The notes under the pieces are model-generated. The model did not search any database. It was not told where the DNA came from and saw only the letters and a list, made by a program, of their open reading frames with translations. A stretch of 64,000 bases of DNA, from assembly GCA_010909165.1 (NCBI GenBank), contig VJWM01000119.1, positions 434,001-498,000 on the forward strand. The letters are read 5' to 3'. The DNA comes from Anthoceros angustus (taxonomy: Eukaryota; Plantae; Anthocerotophyta). The stretch's first letter is position 1; each line of letters begins with the position of its first letter. A program made the position numbers and the translations under genes. This document shows, piece by piece, positions 37,340 to 48,476 of the stretch.

Positions 37340-40300
37340 CTAGTTTGCAAGTTTTGCAGGGGCAGTACAGAGATACTGAAGGAGGTAGTTGTTAGTGGAG
37401 CAAGCCGTACCCAAGTCCTCGTGCAACCTTGCCAGCACTTTTTGCAGGCTTCTCAAGGAGGGCAGTAGCTTGTTGTTGCGTAGCTGGATGGTCCTGCCGT
37501 GAGCCAGGCACAACTCCTGCATTTCCGAGTCACACACAGGATGATGGGATTAGCCAGGGTGGCAGAGGGACCAGGTCCCGACGAGTTGAGCTGCTGTTTG
37601 GAGGAAATGCAAGCAGCTAGGTTTGGAGGAAATGCAAGCAGCTAGGTGAGAGGAACAAACCTGACTCCAGCGTAATATGAACTCCAAATGTGGCGATCTT
37701 TCCAGGTGTTCTGCCAACGTGGTGAACATAGTTGCAAGATAGGCGTGGGGTATGGTCTTCACAACTGAAGATATGTCAGCAGGATGTACTGACTCAATAC
37801 ACGTCCATATGAGACCGGGTTCGTTCAACCGGAGAGCAAGCCTTAGTGCTTTATCACTTTCCTTGGCTTCCAAAGCTGCTTTGATGGCCTGCATGAAAAG
37901 TTCACCACGTCAGTTTGCGCGCGGCAACCTTAAACAAGGCACAGCACCCTGCTTCCAGCAAATTGCAATACCTCTGGTGTCACATCTAGATCAAGGTCAC
38001 TGGGATCAAATATATAGTTGTCATCCATAGAATACACAATCAGCCCCTCAGTAGTTGCTGCTGTCCATGACCTGCCAGTTGGACTCAATTTGATGCTTTT
38101 CACACGTGCTATGGGCCTTCCATGGTTTAAATCCGTGCCTGGCAAGCCATAACTCTGCGTTCCTCTAGTATGGAAACTGATTCCGCCCTCCCCATCACTA
38201 TCATAGTCATCGATCAAGTCAATTGGCCCAGCACTTGTCATTTTCTTGGAACTCAATACATCTAGTACTCCGTCTAAGGAGTAATTGTGTGTTATTTGAA
38301 ACCTTTGAAGCAGGACCTGCACATAAACAGCTCTTCAGTGCCTCCAACCTGATGATGATGCCATGCAGACATCTTATAGTGCACTACACCACGATTCAAC
38401 CCACAACAAGAATGATCAGAGGGGATAGAGGCACAGACCTTGTCTTTCACATCATACATGCAGATATACTTGCTGGTACCTCCAGCTAAGATATAAGTTC
38501 CATCAGCTGAGTAACATAATGTCGTGAAGCATTTCCCAGAGCTTGTGTTGGCCACAGTTCTCCTATCCCCCATGAGTCTGCCCCCAGCCACGTCACGACG
38601 TCCTACAATGCTGCCAGTTTGCAACCCTTCAACTGGGTCCCAGAAATCTATTGCCCCATTCAGAGTAGTGGCAGCAATTTCCTTTCCATCCGGTCGATAT
38701 GCTACAGTCAGCACCTCATGAGTATGGACAAACTTCTCCACCCCACTCTTGTCTTTGGAAACATCCCATAATCGAATCGTTTTGTCCCATGACGCAGATG
38801 CTAGCAGTTTCTGCACAGGCATTGATACACACAGCCACAAGGCATAAGACCAAACTTTCAAATGCTGCAATAAGGAGCACTCTTCTTCTGCCAAACAACA
38901 AGCGCAAACTACACAGACCAGATTAGTCATATCATTAGAAGCACATACAATCACAATTCCATGGGTGTACAGCCAAGGGGGACGTGAAGGCTTACTTGTG
39001 TGGGGGAAAAAGCGAGCCCATGTACTGGACCTTCATGACCACTGAGAACATCTAGTAATCTCCCGGTCTTCATTGACCATATAAAAATCTGCAAGGAATG
39101 TACATGAGCTCTAAACTGGCCTTCAAAATTTATCCAATGCATAATAGTTGCAAATTACAAGAATGTAGGAGCCCTGCAGCCAGTCTAAAGAAGATGGACA
39201 CCAGTAGAAGAGAACTTGAGGAGAAGACTGGCAACAATACCTGAAAAGACTCCACAGTGCCAGCACAAATCATCTCTCCACTTGGATCAGTAGCTAATGA
39301 GGAGAACTGTGTGGGAGTTGGTGTAGTAAACGTTCGAAAGTTCCTGTACCTCACAAGATCCCAGGCACGCACTGTGCCATCCATTGAAGCGCTCACAACC
39401 ACATTATTCCCGGGTAGAAATAAAACATCGGTAATTGCATTAGTGTGCTCAGTGAATGTTACGAAACAGGATCCAGAGGAAGGATTCCAGATCTGTGGCA
39501 AAAGAAGAGAGAAAAACAAAATCAGATTACCCACATCTCAATGTCCTGCACTCATGCATGAATTGCTCAGGCCATCTAAATCCCAATAGCTGCAGGCTCA
39601 AGAAGTACAAACCTTCAGCTTGTTGTCGTCTGCACCAGAAGCAAGAAACTGCGAATCTGGAGAGTAGCTCACACAGTTGACATCATAGTAGTGCCCCTGC
39701 TGCTTCAAAACATACGTTTCAGAGCGCCACTCCCATACCAACAACTGTCCCAGCTTTGCAGATCCAAATGCCAGCCAGTTTCCCGTGGTATTAAATACTG
39801 CTGATGTGATTTTCTGCTGAGATATTGAAAGGACGTGAATGCAGTTAAAGTCTGGCATCTCGTACAGTCCAAAAATACCTGTGGAGAAGGAAGCAACCAG
39901 GAGATTCAACCCTTCGTGATAAGCACAAGCCGTCACTTTGGCAGATTGCATGAAGAAATTCTTCTTGAGCAGTTCCCACCGTCCTCCCTTCAAGGACAGA
40001 GACGACGCTTTGCTAGGCCCATCATTTTCCACAAAGGGCACGACTGCAGTGCTCAAGTTTTCTTGGGGTTCCTCCCCTGAGCCGTTCCCTTTCTCCCCAT
40101 GCCCATCAAGAAACGAGGCTGCAGTTTCCAGCGCCTCCACCTTCTGCCTCTTCCTCCTGCTACCCTCCAAACTCCGGTCGACCGATGCATTCCGGGTATC
40201 CGTCCCTTGCGCAGGATGATACCTCCAGCTAAACACCGCCCCATCTCGGGAAACCGTGTAGAAATTCAGCCACTCGCCTGCTCCTTGTGCGAACCCCTTG

Positions 40301-40884
40301 CCGCCAAAAAAAACCCCCACCAAATCATCACGATGCCCGGACAGGCTGACCGGCGGCAAATGCTCGGCCTCGCTCACAAAGAAAAGCCGGGCAATGTGAT
40401 CCCTAGACCCTGCAATAATCCACTGCCCATCAGAGCTCCAATCCAAGCAGGTGACGGTGTCGTGGGAGCTGGCAAACGTCCTCAGCAGCGCAAACGGAGC
40501 AAACTCCTTCCGAAACCCCGGAGTGCGCCAAATCTGTACCAACCTCCCAACTCCCACGGCGAAACGAGTGCCGTCCGGGCTAAACTTCAAGGCCGACACG
40601 GGGCCCTTGAAGGAGAAGTGGTGAAGCACAACCCGCCTGGGCAAGTTCACAAGCAGAGACCTTCCTTCCTCATCGATCGAAAGCAGCAAAGTTCCGTCAG
40701 GAGAAACAGCAATTCTCACAATATTCCTGGCATTCTCGAAGGGAAGCGTAACAGTCTCAAATTTTTCCAGGTCGGTTAGGGACACTCTGTTGCCAACAGG
40801 GGAAAGAAGCTTCGTGTTGTCTACCAGCAACAGGTTCCCGCCTCTGTAGGGCGCTCCCAGCAAATTCACAAACTTGAAGTTCAT
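37340..40884 (-). CDS. PWP2: Periodic tryptophan protein 2 (UTP1), WD40 SSU processome subunit
   Basis: MNFKFVNLLGAPYRGGN, GQLLVWEWRSETYVLKQQGH, RAWDLVRYRNFRTF, FDPSDLDLDVTP and SPHLEF. Confidence 0.95.
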
Positions 40885-41114
40885 GGTTTCCGGACCCAGA
40901 GTCTCAAGCACCACGGACCACTAACATATATAGATCTGAGACTCTGGGACCACTAACATATCAGTTTATATAAATATGTTAGTGATTAGGGTTCAGGGTT
41001 TATCTAGATATGTTAGGGGTCAGGAGCAACAGCAATCCTCACACAATTCTTAGCAAAGCGTAACAGTTTTATATTTTCATATGTTTGTCCTCCCTTTAAG
41101 AATTGACATCCGGA

Positions 41115-41482
41115 CATGGGATCATTGGAACTCCCCAGTTAAACGTCCTTGGGATGGATCTAGAGGGGTATCACCTATCTCAGCTTCATAGCCCTACGAG
41201 GATGGGAACATTGGAACTCCCCAGTTAAAGGTTCTTCGAGGATGGGAACATTGGAACTCCCCATTTAAAGGTCCTTCGGATGGATCAGTACCCAGCTAGG
41301 GTGTTACCTATCCCCAGCTTCATAGCCCTACGAGGATGGGATCATTGCCCAGCTGGGCTGTCCCCTATCCCCAACTTCATAGCCCTGCAAGGATGGGATC
41401 ATTGGAACTGCCCAGTTAAACGTCCTTCCGATGGATCAGTGCCCATGGTGTCACCTATCCCCAGCTTCATAGCCCTACGAGG
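41115..41482. repeat. Composite minisatellite (ggatgggatcattggaactccccagttaaa / cctatccccagcttcatagccctacga modules)
   Basis: Two modules recur 4-5 times in varying order. Confidence 0.85.
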
Positions 41483-41902
41483 CTACCAGTTATAATCATC
41501 TTGCCTTCGTCTCCGCCGTGTGCTGGGCCGCCATTTGTTAGTGCCCTACTATGTTACTCCACTTCAAATTTCAAGTGCGGGACTTCAATATATACTTTGA
41601 AATATCTATAAAGTCTCTGAATTTGCTAAAAGTAGTTCAAATGCCCAATGCAGGACTTTCATATATACTTTGAGATATCTCTGAAGTATCTGTTAAAAAC
41701 AGTTTCTAATTTTTCCAGATATAAAGTCTCTCAATTTGCTAAAACCAATTTCAGATTTTTCTGGATTGCTTATGACACCCCGTTGCCCACCAGATAAAGA
41801 AGCTTCTCATTGTACCTCGGAAGACGAACCTACTTGCATGAACCCTGAACCTAGGATCAGGTTTTATATAGATCTATTAGTAACCCTAGGTGTCTCAAAT
41901 TC

Positions 41903-41976
41903 TAGGGTCTGAAAACTATGAACTTCAAGTTTGAGAATTTGCTGGAGCGCTCTGTTGGTGGACAACACAAGCTTCG
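41903..41976 (+). pseudogene. Inverted, decayed copy of the PWP2 5'UTR/start
   Basis: gggtctgaaaactATGaacttcaagtttgagaatttgctggagcgc...gacaacacaagcttc versus PWP2 gggtccggaaaccATGaacttcaagtttgtgaatttgctgggagcgc...gacaacacgaagcttc. Confidence 0.8.
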
Positions 41977-42227
41977 TCCTCCGGTCCTATCTCCTCTTTC
42001 CTTAATCAAAACTTACGGATTGGGTTCAAGATTTATGCAAACATATTAGTAATCAGGAGAAACAAGAATTTTCACTAGATATTCCTTGCTTTTACAAAGG
42101 AAATGTAACCATCTCAGCTTTTTCCTCCTGTTGCCGATAGGAGAAAAAAGCTTTGTGTTGTCCACCAGAAGTAGATTCCCGCCTTTGTAGAGCGCTTCGA
42201 GTAGATTCACAAACTTGATTCATGGTT

Positions 42228-42990
42228 GCTAGTTTGGTCCAAATGAAGAAGTACAAGAAGTGTATTAGAGTCCACTTTGATAGAATTTTTCCTTTCATGG
42301 GAGTTGATACTACACAACTTGTACCATGATATGCCTAAGCTACTAGCACCAAGGGCATCCATTTGAGTACAGATGAAAGCGCAGATGCTTATGAGCCACG
42401 TGGTTATAAATCTGTGTCCAAATGGCTTAGGCCAAACGATTAAGCATCCTACGCTTAGATCGGTTCTTAGATGGGGTGCCTGAAGGGAGTGAATGCCCTT
42501 GGTGCAAGTAGCTTAGGCACACCATGGTACAAGTTGTTAAGTACCAAGTCCCATGATAGAAATCCATCCTTAGTAGACTTCAATAAAATTCTTCTTCTTC
42601 TTCATTTGGCCTAAAGCTTAGAATTTAGGATTTAGGCCATGGGGTGCATGAAGGGAGTGGATGCCCTTGGTACAAGTAGCTTAGGAACACCATGGTACAA
42701 ATTGTTAAGTACCAAGTCCCATGACAGAAATCCATCCTTAATAGACTTCAATAAAATTCTTCTTCTTCATTTAGCCTAAAGCTTAGAATTTGGGATTTAG
42801 GCCAAATGGACACACATTTATAAGAACGTCGCTGTTAAGCATCCTAGGACTCGGGACCTGGGTCCTTAGAGAGAGAGAGTGGATGCCCTTTGTGATAAAA
42901 AGCTTAACCATGGTACAAGTTGGGCACACCATGGTACAAGTTGTCGAGTACCAAGTCCATGAGGGGAATTCTTCTTCCTTCTTTTGGACC
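42228..42990. repeat. ~170-bp repeat family: one inverted copy (42228-42362) plus three direct copies (42470-42990)
   Basis: atgcccttggt.caagtagcttagg..caccatggtacaagttgt..gtaccaagtcccatga recurs, and its reverse complement lies at 42290-42362. Confidence 0.85.
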
Positions 42991-43110
42991 CTCGAGTCTC
43001 ACACACCTCGGACCACTAACTTATCTACATAAGCCCTAACCCTAGGTTACCAGTTTGTCGCATCAACCAGCGCTCGGGGAAGATTTTCTCTCTCGAACGC
43101 GGAGGTCAGT

Positions 43111-43371
43111 ATGTCTTCGCCGCAAGCGTTGTATCGAGCTTTGTTGCGGCAGGCTAGCAAATTCTCCAACTACAACGTGCGGGAATACATCAAGAGGAGG
43201 AGCCGGGAAGGATTCGTGGCTAATAGGAAACTGCAGGATGAGAAGCTGCTGGAACAGGCCGTCCAGTTCGGCAAGCAACAGCTGGAAATTGCGAAGCGGC
43301 AAGCTGTCATCTATAACCTCTACGCTCCCCGAGTGAAGAGTATCATGGACCTGGACGTTGCCACTGTCTAA
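43111..43371 (+). CDS. ISD11: ISD11/LYRM4, mitochondrial Fe-S assembly LYR protein
   Basis: LYRALLRQASKFSNYNVREYIKRR...F..N......KRQAVIYNLYAP. Confidence 0.93.
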   Translation: MSSPQALYRALLRQASKFSNYNVREYIKRRSREGFVANRKLQDEKLLEQAVQFGKQQLEIAKRQAVIYNLYAPRVKSIMDLDVATV

Positions 43372-44031
43372 CTTGATGGTGGCACATCGTGTGCAATTCC
43401 GGTCAGGTTTTGAATAAATTGCCTCCTGTGTTTCCCGGCTCCGCAATCTTGCCGAGATGACCACAGCTTCCTGTCTCGAGAGGCCGGTCAGGAGCGCGTT
43501 GGCCAAGTTTGCCGTAAAGCGCGTGCTTATGTGAATCTGGTGTAATTTTATCAAGCTTGTATACAAGTGATACAATAAAGACCATTCTTGGATTGACTGG
43601 TTAGGGGAGATCTGGGGCTGAAGGATTGTTTTGGTCACCGAAACGTGCACCGACTTACGGGACAGGCAGCAGCAACAAGAAAGCCCTTTGCCGATACATC
43701 GCGCGAGCTTTGAAGCCGAAGTATGGACGCCAACCAAGCGATGTGCTTCTGCATATGTAAACTGCAAAAGTATCATATGGGGAGAGGAGAGCGTGAAATT
43801 AATCGCGGTTCAGGTTTTGAGAAGTGTATTGTGTGGAGGGACGAAAATACTTGAGGAGGATTGCAGGAAGCGGGCCTTAGGTCTTGGGAAGGTGCATCTT
43901 CATTGGAGTGTGATAGAAACCATCTACCCGGACGTTGAAACCGAGCAGGAAGCTGGAGGTTATGTTTGTTATCGTGTAACGCATCTATCACCCTTTTTGA
44001 GCTTGAAGTGTTAGGAGGGCTTCAAGGACTT

Positions 44032-46752
44032 TCACTGAAGTTTAGGGGAGTAGACGGAATTTGATTGGAAATCGAATTGTGTGTTATTAAGAGACAAAAT
44101 CTTTTCTTTTGCATTGTCAGATATGTCTGAAGAAAGCTCCAGCAACCTGGCATTTATACCTGCAATCTCTGGATGCTTTCCTTTCTTGGCTCCAACCAAA
44201 AAGCTATGCACCAATCCGTCCATGTCTGTCCACCAGCTCTGTCCTGGCTGCTTCCATGCCCCGCTCCCTGTTCTCCTCGCCTGCATCTCCTGTGCCTGCT
44301 CCCACATTTGCGCATCCGTGTATATATTCGACATCAGCACATATGGTGCGGAATGTTTCTTGTCTATCTTCACCGCTTCATCGAAAGCATAGCGTCCCAC
44401 CTCCAAGTTGTTCCACTTTCGACAAGCATTCAGAAGAGCGTCCCAAACTGAAGCATTAGGCACTAGAGGCATGCCCTTCACCAAGGCTAGTGACTCATCC
44501 AGTTGGCCTGCACGACCCAGGAGATCCACCATACATGTGTAGTGCTCCACCGTGGGAGTGATGTCATAATATATCCGCATGGCCTCGAAATACTCGCGCC
44601 CCATGTCCACCAGACCCGCATGACTGCACACTGTTAGTACAGAAAGGAACGTGACGCTAGTTGGTTGTATGCCAGCTTCTGCCATTTGGTGAAACAACTG
44701 AAGCACCGTTTCACTGTCCCCTTGACGGGTGTAGCCTGCAATCAGCGCGTTCCAAGTTACAACATCTTTCTCGGGCAATGCCTCAAAACCCTGCAGCGCG
44801 TCGACCATGCTCCCAGACTTTCCATACATGTTTATCAAACTGTTGCCTACAATCACATCAGCTTCAAGCCCTTGTTCTTTGATCTGTGCATGAAGCTGTC
44901 TTCCCAGATGCAAAGCTGCCACATTTGCACATGCTTGCAGGAGGCACACAAATGTCACAGAATCAGGTGTAACGACGCTATGGTCTTGCATGACCTTGTA
45001 GAGCCGAAGGGCCTCCTCACCCATGCCCTGCTGAGAATATCCTGCTATCATGGCATTCCATGTAACCACATTCTTTTGACCAAGTCCATCAAACACGGCC
45101 TGAGCATCCTCCAGGCTGCAACACTTTGCATACATGTTTACCAAACTGCTGGATACGAATACATCGGTTTCGAGTCCTCGTTCTCTAATTTGTGCATGAA
45201 GCTGCCTCCCCTGCTCCAAAGCCGGAGTCCCCACACTTGCACATGCCTGCAGGAGGCAAACGAGTGTCGCAGAATCGGGTGCTGCCATGCAATTTTCTTC
45301 CATATCCCTGTAGAGGCTAAGGGCGTCCTGCCCCATGCCCCGCTGAGAGTACCCTGCTATCAGAACACCCCACGTTCCCTCATCTTTTTTTCCAAGTCCG
45401 TCGAACATTCGTCGAGCCTCTTTCAAGCTGCCAAACTTTGCATATCCAGCAATCATGGCATTCCATGCCGCCATATTCTTTTGACCACCAAGGCCGTCAA
45501 ATACTCTTCGAGCATCTTCCAAGCTGCCACACTTTGCATACATGTTGACCAGGCTACAACCTACAACAGCATCGACTGTACGTCCTTGCTCCCCAATCTG
45601 TGCATGCAACTGTTTCCCCTTCTCCAAAGCCGGGGTGCCCAGACTTGTGCACACCTGCAGGAGAGAGACAAACGTCACAGAATCGGGCACAGCAATGCCT
45701 TCATCTTGCATAGCATCGTAAATCTGCAGAGCCTGCTGACCCATGCCCTGCTGAGCATATCCTGCAATGAGAGCTGTCCATGTCACCACATCTTTTTCAC
45801 CAAGTCCGTCAAACACTCTCCGAGCATCCTCCAGGCTGCCGCATTTCGCATACATATTCACCAAGCTATTGGCAACAAACACATGACCTTCAAGCCCTCC
45901 TTCTCTAATCCGTGCATGAACCAGCTTCCCCTCCTCCAGAGCTGTGGTCCCAACACTGGCACAAGCCTGCAAGAGGCACACCCACGTCACAGAATCCGGC
46001 AAAGCGCCACCTTCCTGTTGCTGCATAGCACTGTACACACACAGGGCTTCCCGCCCAATGCCCTGCTGCGAGTACCCCGCGATCATAGCATTCCAGGTCA
46101 CTACATCCTTCACAACAAGCCCGTCAAACACCCTCCGAGCCTCTTCCAAGCTCCCACACTTACCATACATGTCTACCAAGCAGTTCCAAACAAACAAATG
46201 AACCTCAACCCCACTCGCCAACACATCAGCATGCACCATCCTCCCAGCCCTCAAATCCGCCCCCCTCCCACAAGCCTGCAGGGCTGCCACAAAAACATGC
46301 CCATCTGCCTTCACATCCGACAAACGCATCCGACGATACAACTCCACAGCCTCCCTAGCCTCCCCGTGCTGAACATGTGCAGACATCATAGAAGACCACA
46401 TAAACACACTTGGCCTCCCAACCATAGCGAACACACTCATGGCCTCCTGCATCCTCCCATGAGCAGCATACATCCGCAAAACGTGGTTGCACAGGAACGC
46501 ATCCGTCTCATACCCTTCCCCCACCGCCAAAGCATGCACCCGCCGCCCCAGAATCAAATCCTTCTTTACCCCACATTTCCTCAGCACAAGATAAAACAAA
46601 TCCTGCCCACCACAACCTCTACGCACCAACACCCCCAGACCTTCGACAGCCTCCTCCAGCTGCCCCTCCAGACACACCTTCCTCAGAATCTCAGCCGTCA
46701 CATTCCCAGCTTCGAGAAGCACACGCTGTCCCCAAAGCCTTCCCGATGGCAT
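44032..46752 (-). CDS. PLS-class PPR protein with E1/E2/E+ ('WW'-type), no DYW catalytic part
   Basis: Repeated P-L-S triplets (NSLVNMYAKCGSLEDARRVFD; DVVTWNAMIAGY), HYTCMVDLLGRAG, YVLMSNIY and KQPGQSWWTDMDGLVHSFLVG; no HSE/CxxC/DYW follows. Confidence 0.95.
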   Translation of the reverse strand: MPSGRLWGQRVLLEAGNVTAEILRKVCLEGQLEEAVEGLGVLVRRGCGGQDLFYLVLRKCGVKKDLILGRRVHALAVGEGYETDAFLCNHVLRMYAAHGRMQEAMSVFAMVGRPSVFMWSSMMSAHVQHGEAREAVELYRRMRLSDVKADGHVFVAALQACGRGADLRAGRMVHADVLASGVEVHLFVWNCLVDMYGKCGSLEEARRVFDGLVVKDVVTWNAMIAGYSQQGIGREALCVYSAMQQQEGGALPDSVTWVCLLQACASVGTTALEEGKLVHARIREGGLEGHVFVANSLVNMYAKCGSLEDARRVFDGLGEKDVVTWTALIAGYAQQGMGQQALQIYDAMQDEGIAVPDSVTFVSLLQVCTSLGTPALEKGKQLHAQIGEQGRTVDAVVGCSLVNMYAKCGSLEDARRVFDGLGGQKNMAAWNAMIAGYAKFGSLKEARRMFDGLGKKDEGTWGVLIAGYSQRGMGQDALSLYRDMEENCMAAPDSATLVCLLQACASVGTPALEQGRQLHAQIRERGLETDVFVSSSLVNMYAKCCSLEDAQAVFDGLGQKNVVTWNAMIAGYSQQGMGEEALRLYKVMQDHSVVTPDSVTFVCLLQACANVAALHLGRQLHAQIKEQGLEADVIVGNSLINMYGKSGSMVDALQGFEALPEKDVVTWNALIAGYTRQGDSETVLQLFHQMAEAGIQPTSVTFLSVLTVCSHAGLVDMGREYFEAMRIYYDITPTVEHYTCMVDLLGRAGQLDESLALVKGMPLVPNASVWDALLNACRKWNNLEVGRYAFDEAVKIDKKHSAPYVLMSNIYTDAQMWEQAQEMQARRTGSGAWKQPGQSWWTDMDGLVHSFLVGAKKGKHPEIAGINARLLELSSDISDNAKEKILSLNNTQFDFQSNSVYSPKLQ

Positions 46753-46880
46753 CGTGCTTTATTGATTTCCGCCAGCATTCCGTGCCGGCAACAGAGATCA
46801 AAATAATGGAACACGAGAAAACAAGAGGCGCTGAACCCCGTCCAAAAGCCCTAAAATGGATCATTCTAGACGACATTTTG

Positions 46881-48124
46881 CTACACCTTGCTGGTTTCCT
46901 TCTCCTCTTCCTCCTCCTTCCCGAGGAATCGCTGGCACCGCCCGACCAGCGGCTGCAGCTGCGCGACCTTGTCGTAGAGACCGAGCAGGCCGCCCGTGTG
47001 CCAGAAGAGCACGTTCCGCCCCTTCCACGCCTCGGGCTCCCGCGCCATGTCACGCAGCAGCGCGATAAGCGCCTTCCCGCTGTAGACAGGATCCAGGATC
47101 ACGCCAGTGGCCTCCGCCACGGCCTTCACCGTCTCCAGTTCCTCCCGCGTGCTCACGGCGTACCCCAGCCCCTTGGCGTCCACCACTCTCACCACGTCCC
47201 TGGCCTTGAGCTCGGATCCCAGCCCGGAGATGAGGCCCTGGACGTAGTCGTAGAAGTAGTCCGGGGAGTCGCAGACGGCGTAGGCGTGCACCTTGGCCTG
47301 CAAGCTCCCGAGCCGACATCCCACTGCGGCCCCGGCCGTGGTGCCCCCGCTCCCGCACGCCATCACCACGTCGTGGAAGCTCGACACTCCGGGAACGTCT
47401 CCATGCGCCAGCTGCAGTTCCAGCTCCCGCACGGCCTCCAGGTACCCCCAAGACCCCAGGGAGTTGGACCCCCCGACCGGGACCAGGTACGGCTTCCTCC
47501 CCTCCGCTCTGAGCCTGGCCGCCAGCCGCTCCCCCAACGCGACGCTGCCGTGGGCCTGGTACTCCTCCTTGGATACCAGCTCCAGATTCGCGCCTACCAG
47601 GCGCTCCACGAGCAGGTTACCCTGCAGCCCGGGGTCCTGCTCCAGCAACGCCTGGCTGGTGCGGAGGATGAGGAAGCTGTCCAGGCCCAGGTAGCGAGCA
47701 GCCACGGCCGTGGCGCGGCAGTGGTTGCTCTGGATCCCGCCGATGGTGATGACGCAGTCCGCGCCCTGGAGCTTGGCGTCCGCCAGCAGGAATTCCAGCT
47801 TCCGGACCTTGTTGCCGCTCAGCTGGAGGCCGGTGAGATCGTCGCGCTTGATCCAGACCTGAGTGCCCTCGGGGAGCGAGGGCAGATCCCAGCGGTGCAC
47901 AGGGGTCGGGAGATGGCCTAGTCCTGTCCAGTGCGACGGCAGGGGATGCAGCCCTTCCGCCCAGCTGGGAGGGCGGTAGGGTGCTGTCTCCAGCATCCCC
48001 GGTCGCCGCCCGCTGCTGTCCTTCCTCCCGGCGCGGCCATGGCTGCCGCCCCTCCTCCCGCTGCGCCTGCTGCCCTGGCCGAGCCGTGGAGAAGCCCGCC
48101 GCAGCCGCTTGCAGCCCGCAGCAT
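46881..48124 (-). CDS. DCD1: D-cysteine desulfhydrase (PLP-dependent, ACC-deaminase family), intronless; transit-peptide region from 48124 joined by an apparent 1-nt indel near 47997-48002
   Basis: WIKRDDLTG.QLSGNKVRKLEFL, TIGGIQSNHCRATA, ACGSGGT, GVILDPVYSGKA and F.HTGG. Confidence 0.92.
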
Positions 48125-48476
48125 GCCGCGGTTTCCTGGAAGCTTCACGCGGTTGGAGTTCTCAATAGAGCTCAAACCAACTGGGGACTTCCTCGGCCTG
48201 AATGGTTGCAGTCTTCTGCTACTGTTCCAGGCTAGGGGAGTGTGGAACCATCCTGCCAGTCGCAGTGGGAAGAAGAAACTCAGGAAGAGCCTTCGTCCCT
48301 GATGAAATCACCAATGCACGCATTGCCTTCCTGTCAGCGCAAGAAAACGGCGAATTATGCTTACACTCGACACGGACGAACCTTCAGGATGCCCATCTCT
48401 GAGGCTTTGCCCTGAGGTCACCATGGAACTCGGGTTTCCGAGTGCCTGTTGCCGGTCCGTGCACGACGGGACCAGG

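Noticed and set aside
41115-41482. Repeats with variable intervening sequence resembling a CRISPR array
   Set aside because: The 'spacers' are themselves repeated modules, there are no cas genes, and the context is eukaryotic.
44665-46806. 713-aa ORF on + strand
   Set aside because: Antisense shadow of the repetitive PPR gene; its periodicity mirrors PPR motifs and it has no independent domain.
46746-47921. 391-aa + strand ORF (and 2548..3456, 294..1124)
   Set aside because: Antisense shadows of GC-rich DCD and LRR coding sequence.
46881-47996. Intronless GC-rich DCD as bacterial horizontal transfer
   Set aside because: It has the plant-type N-terminus (PY.PPSWA..L.PLPSH) and a transit-like leader, and other genes here are also GC-rich and intronless.
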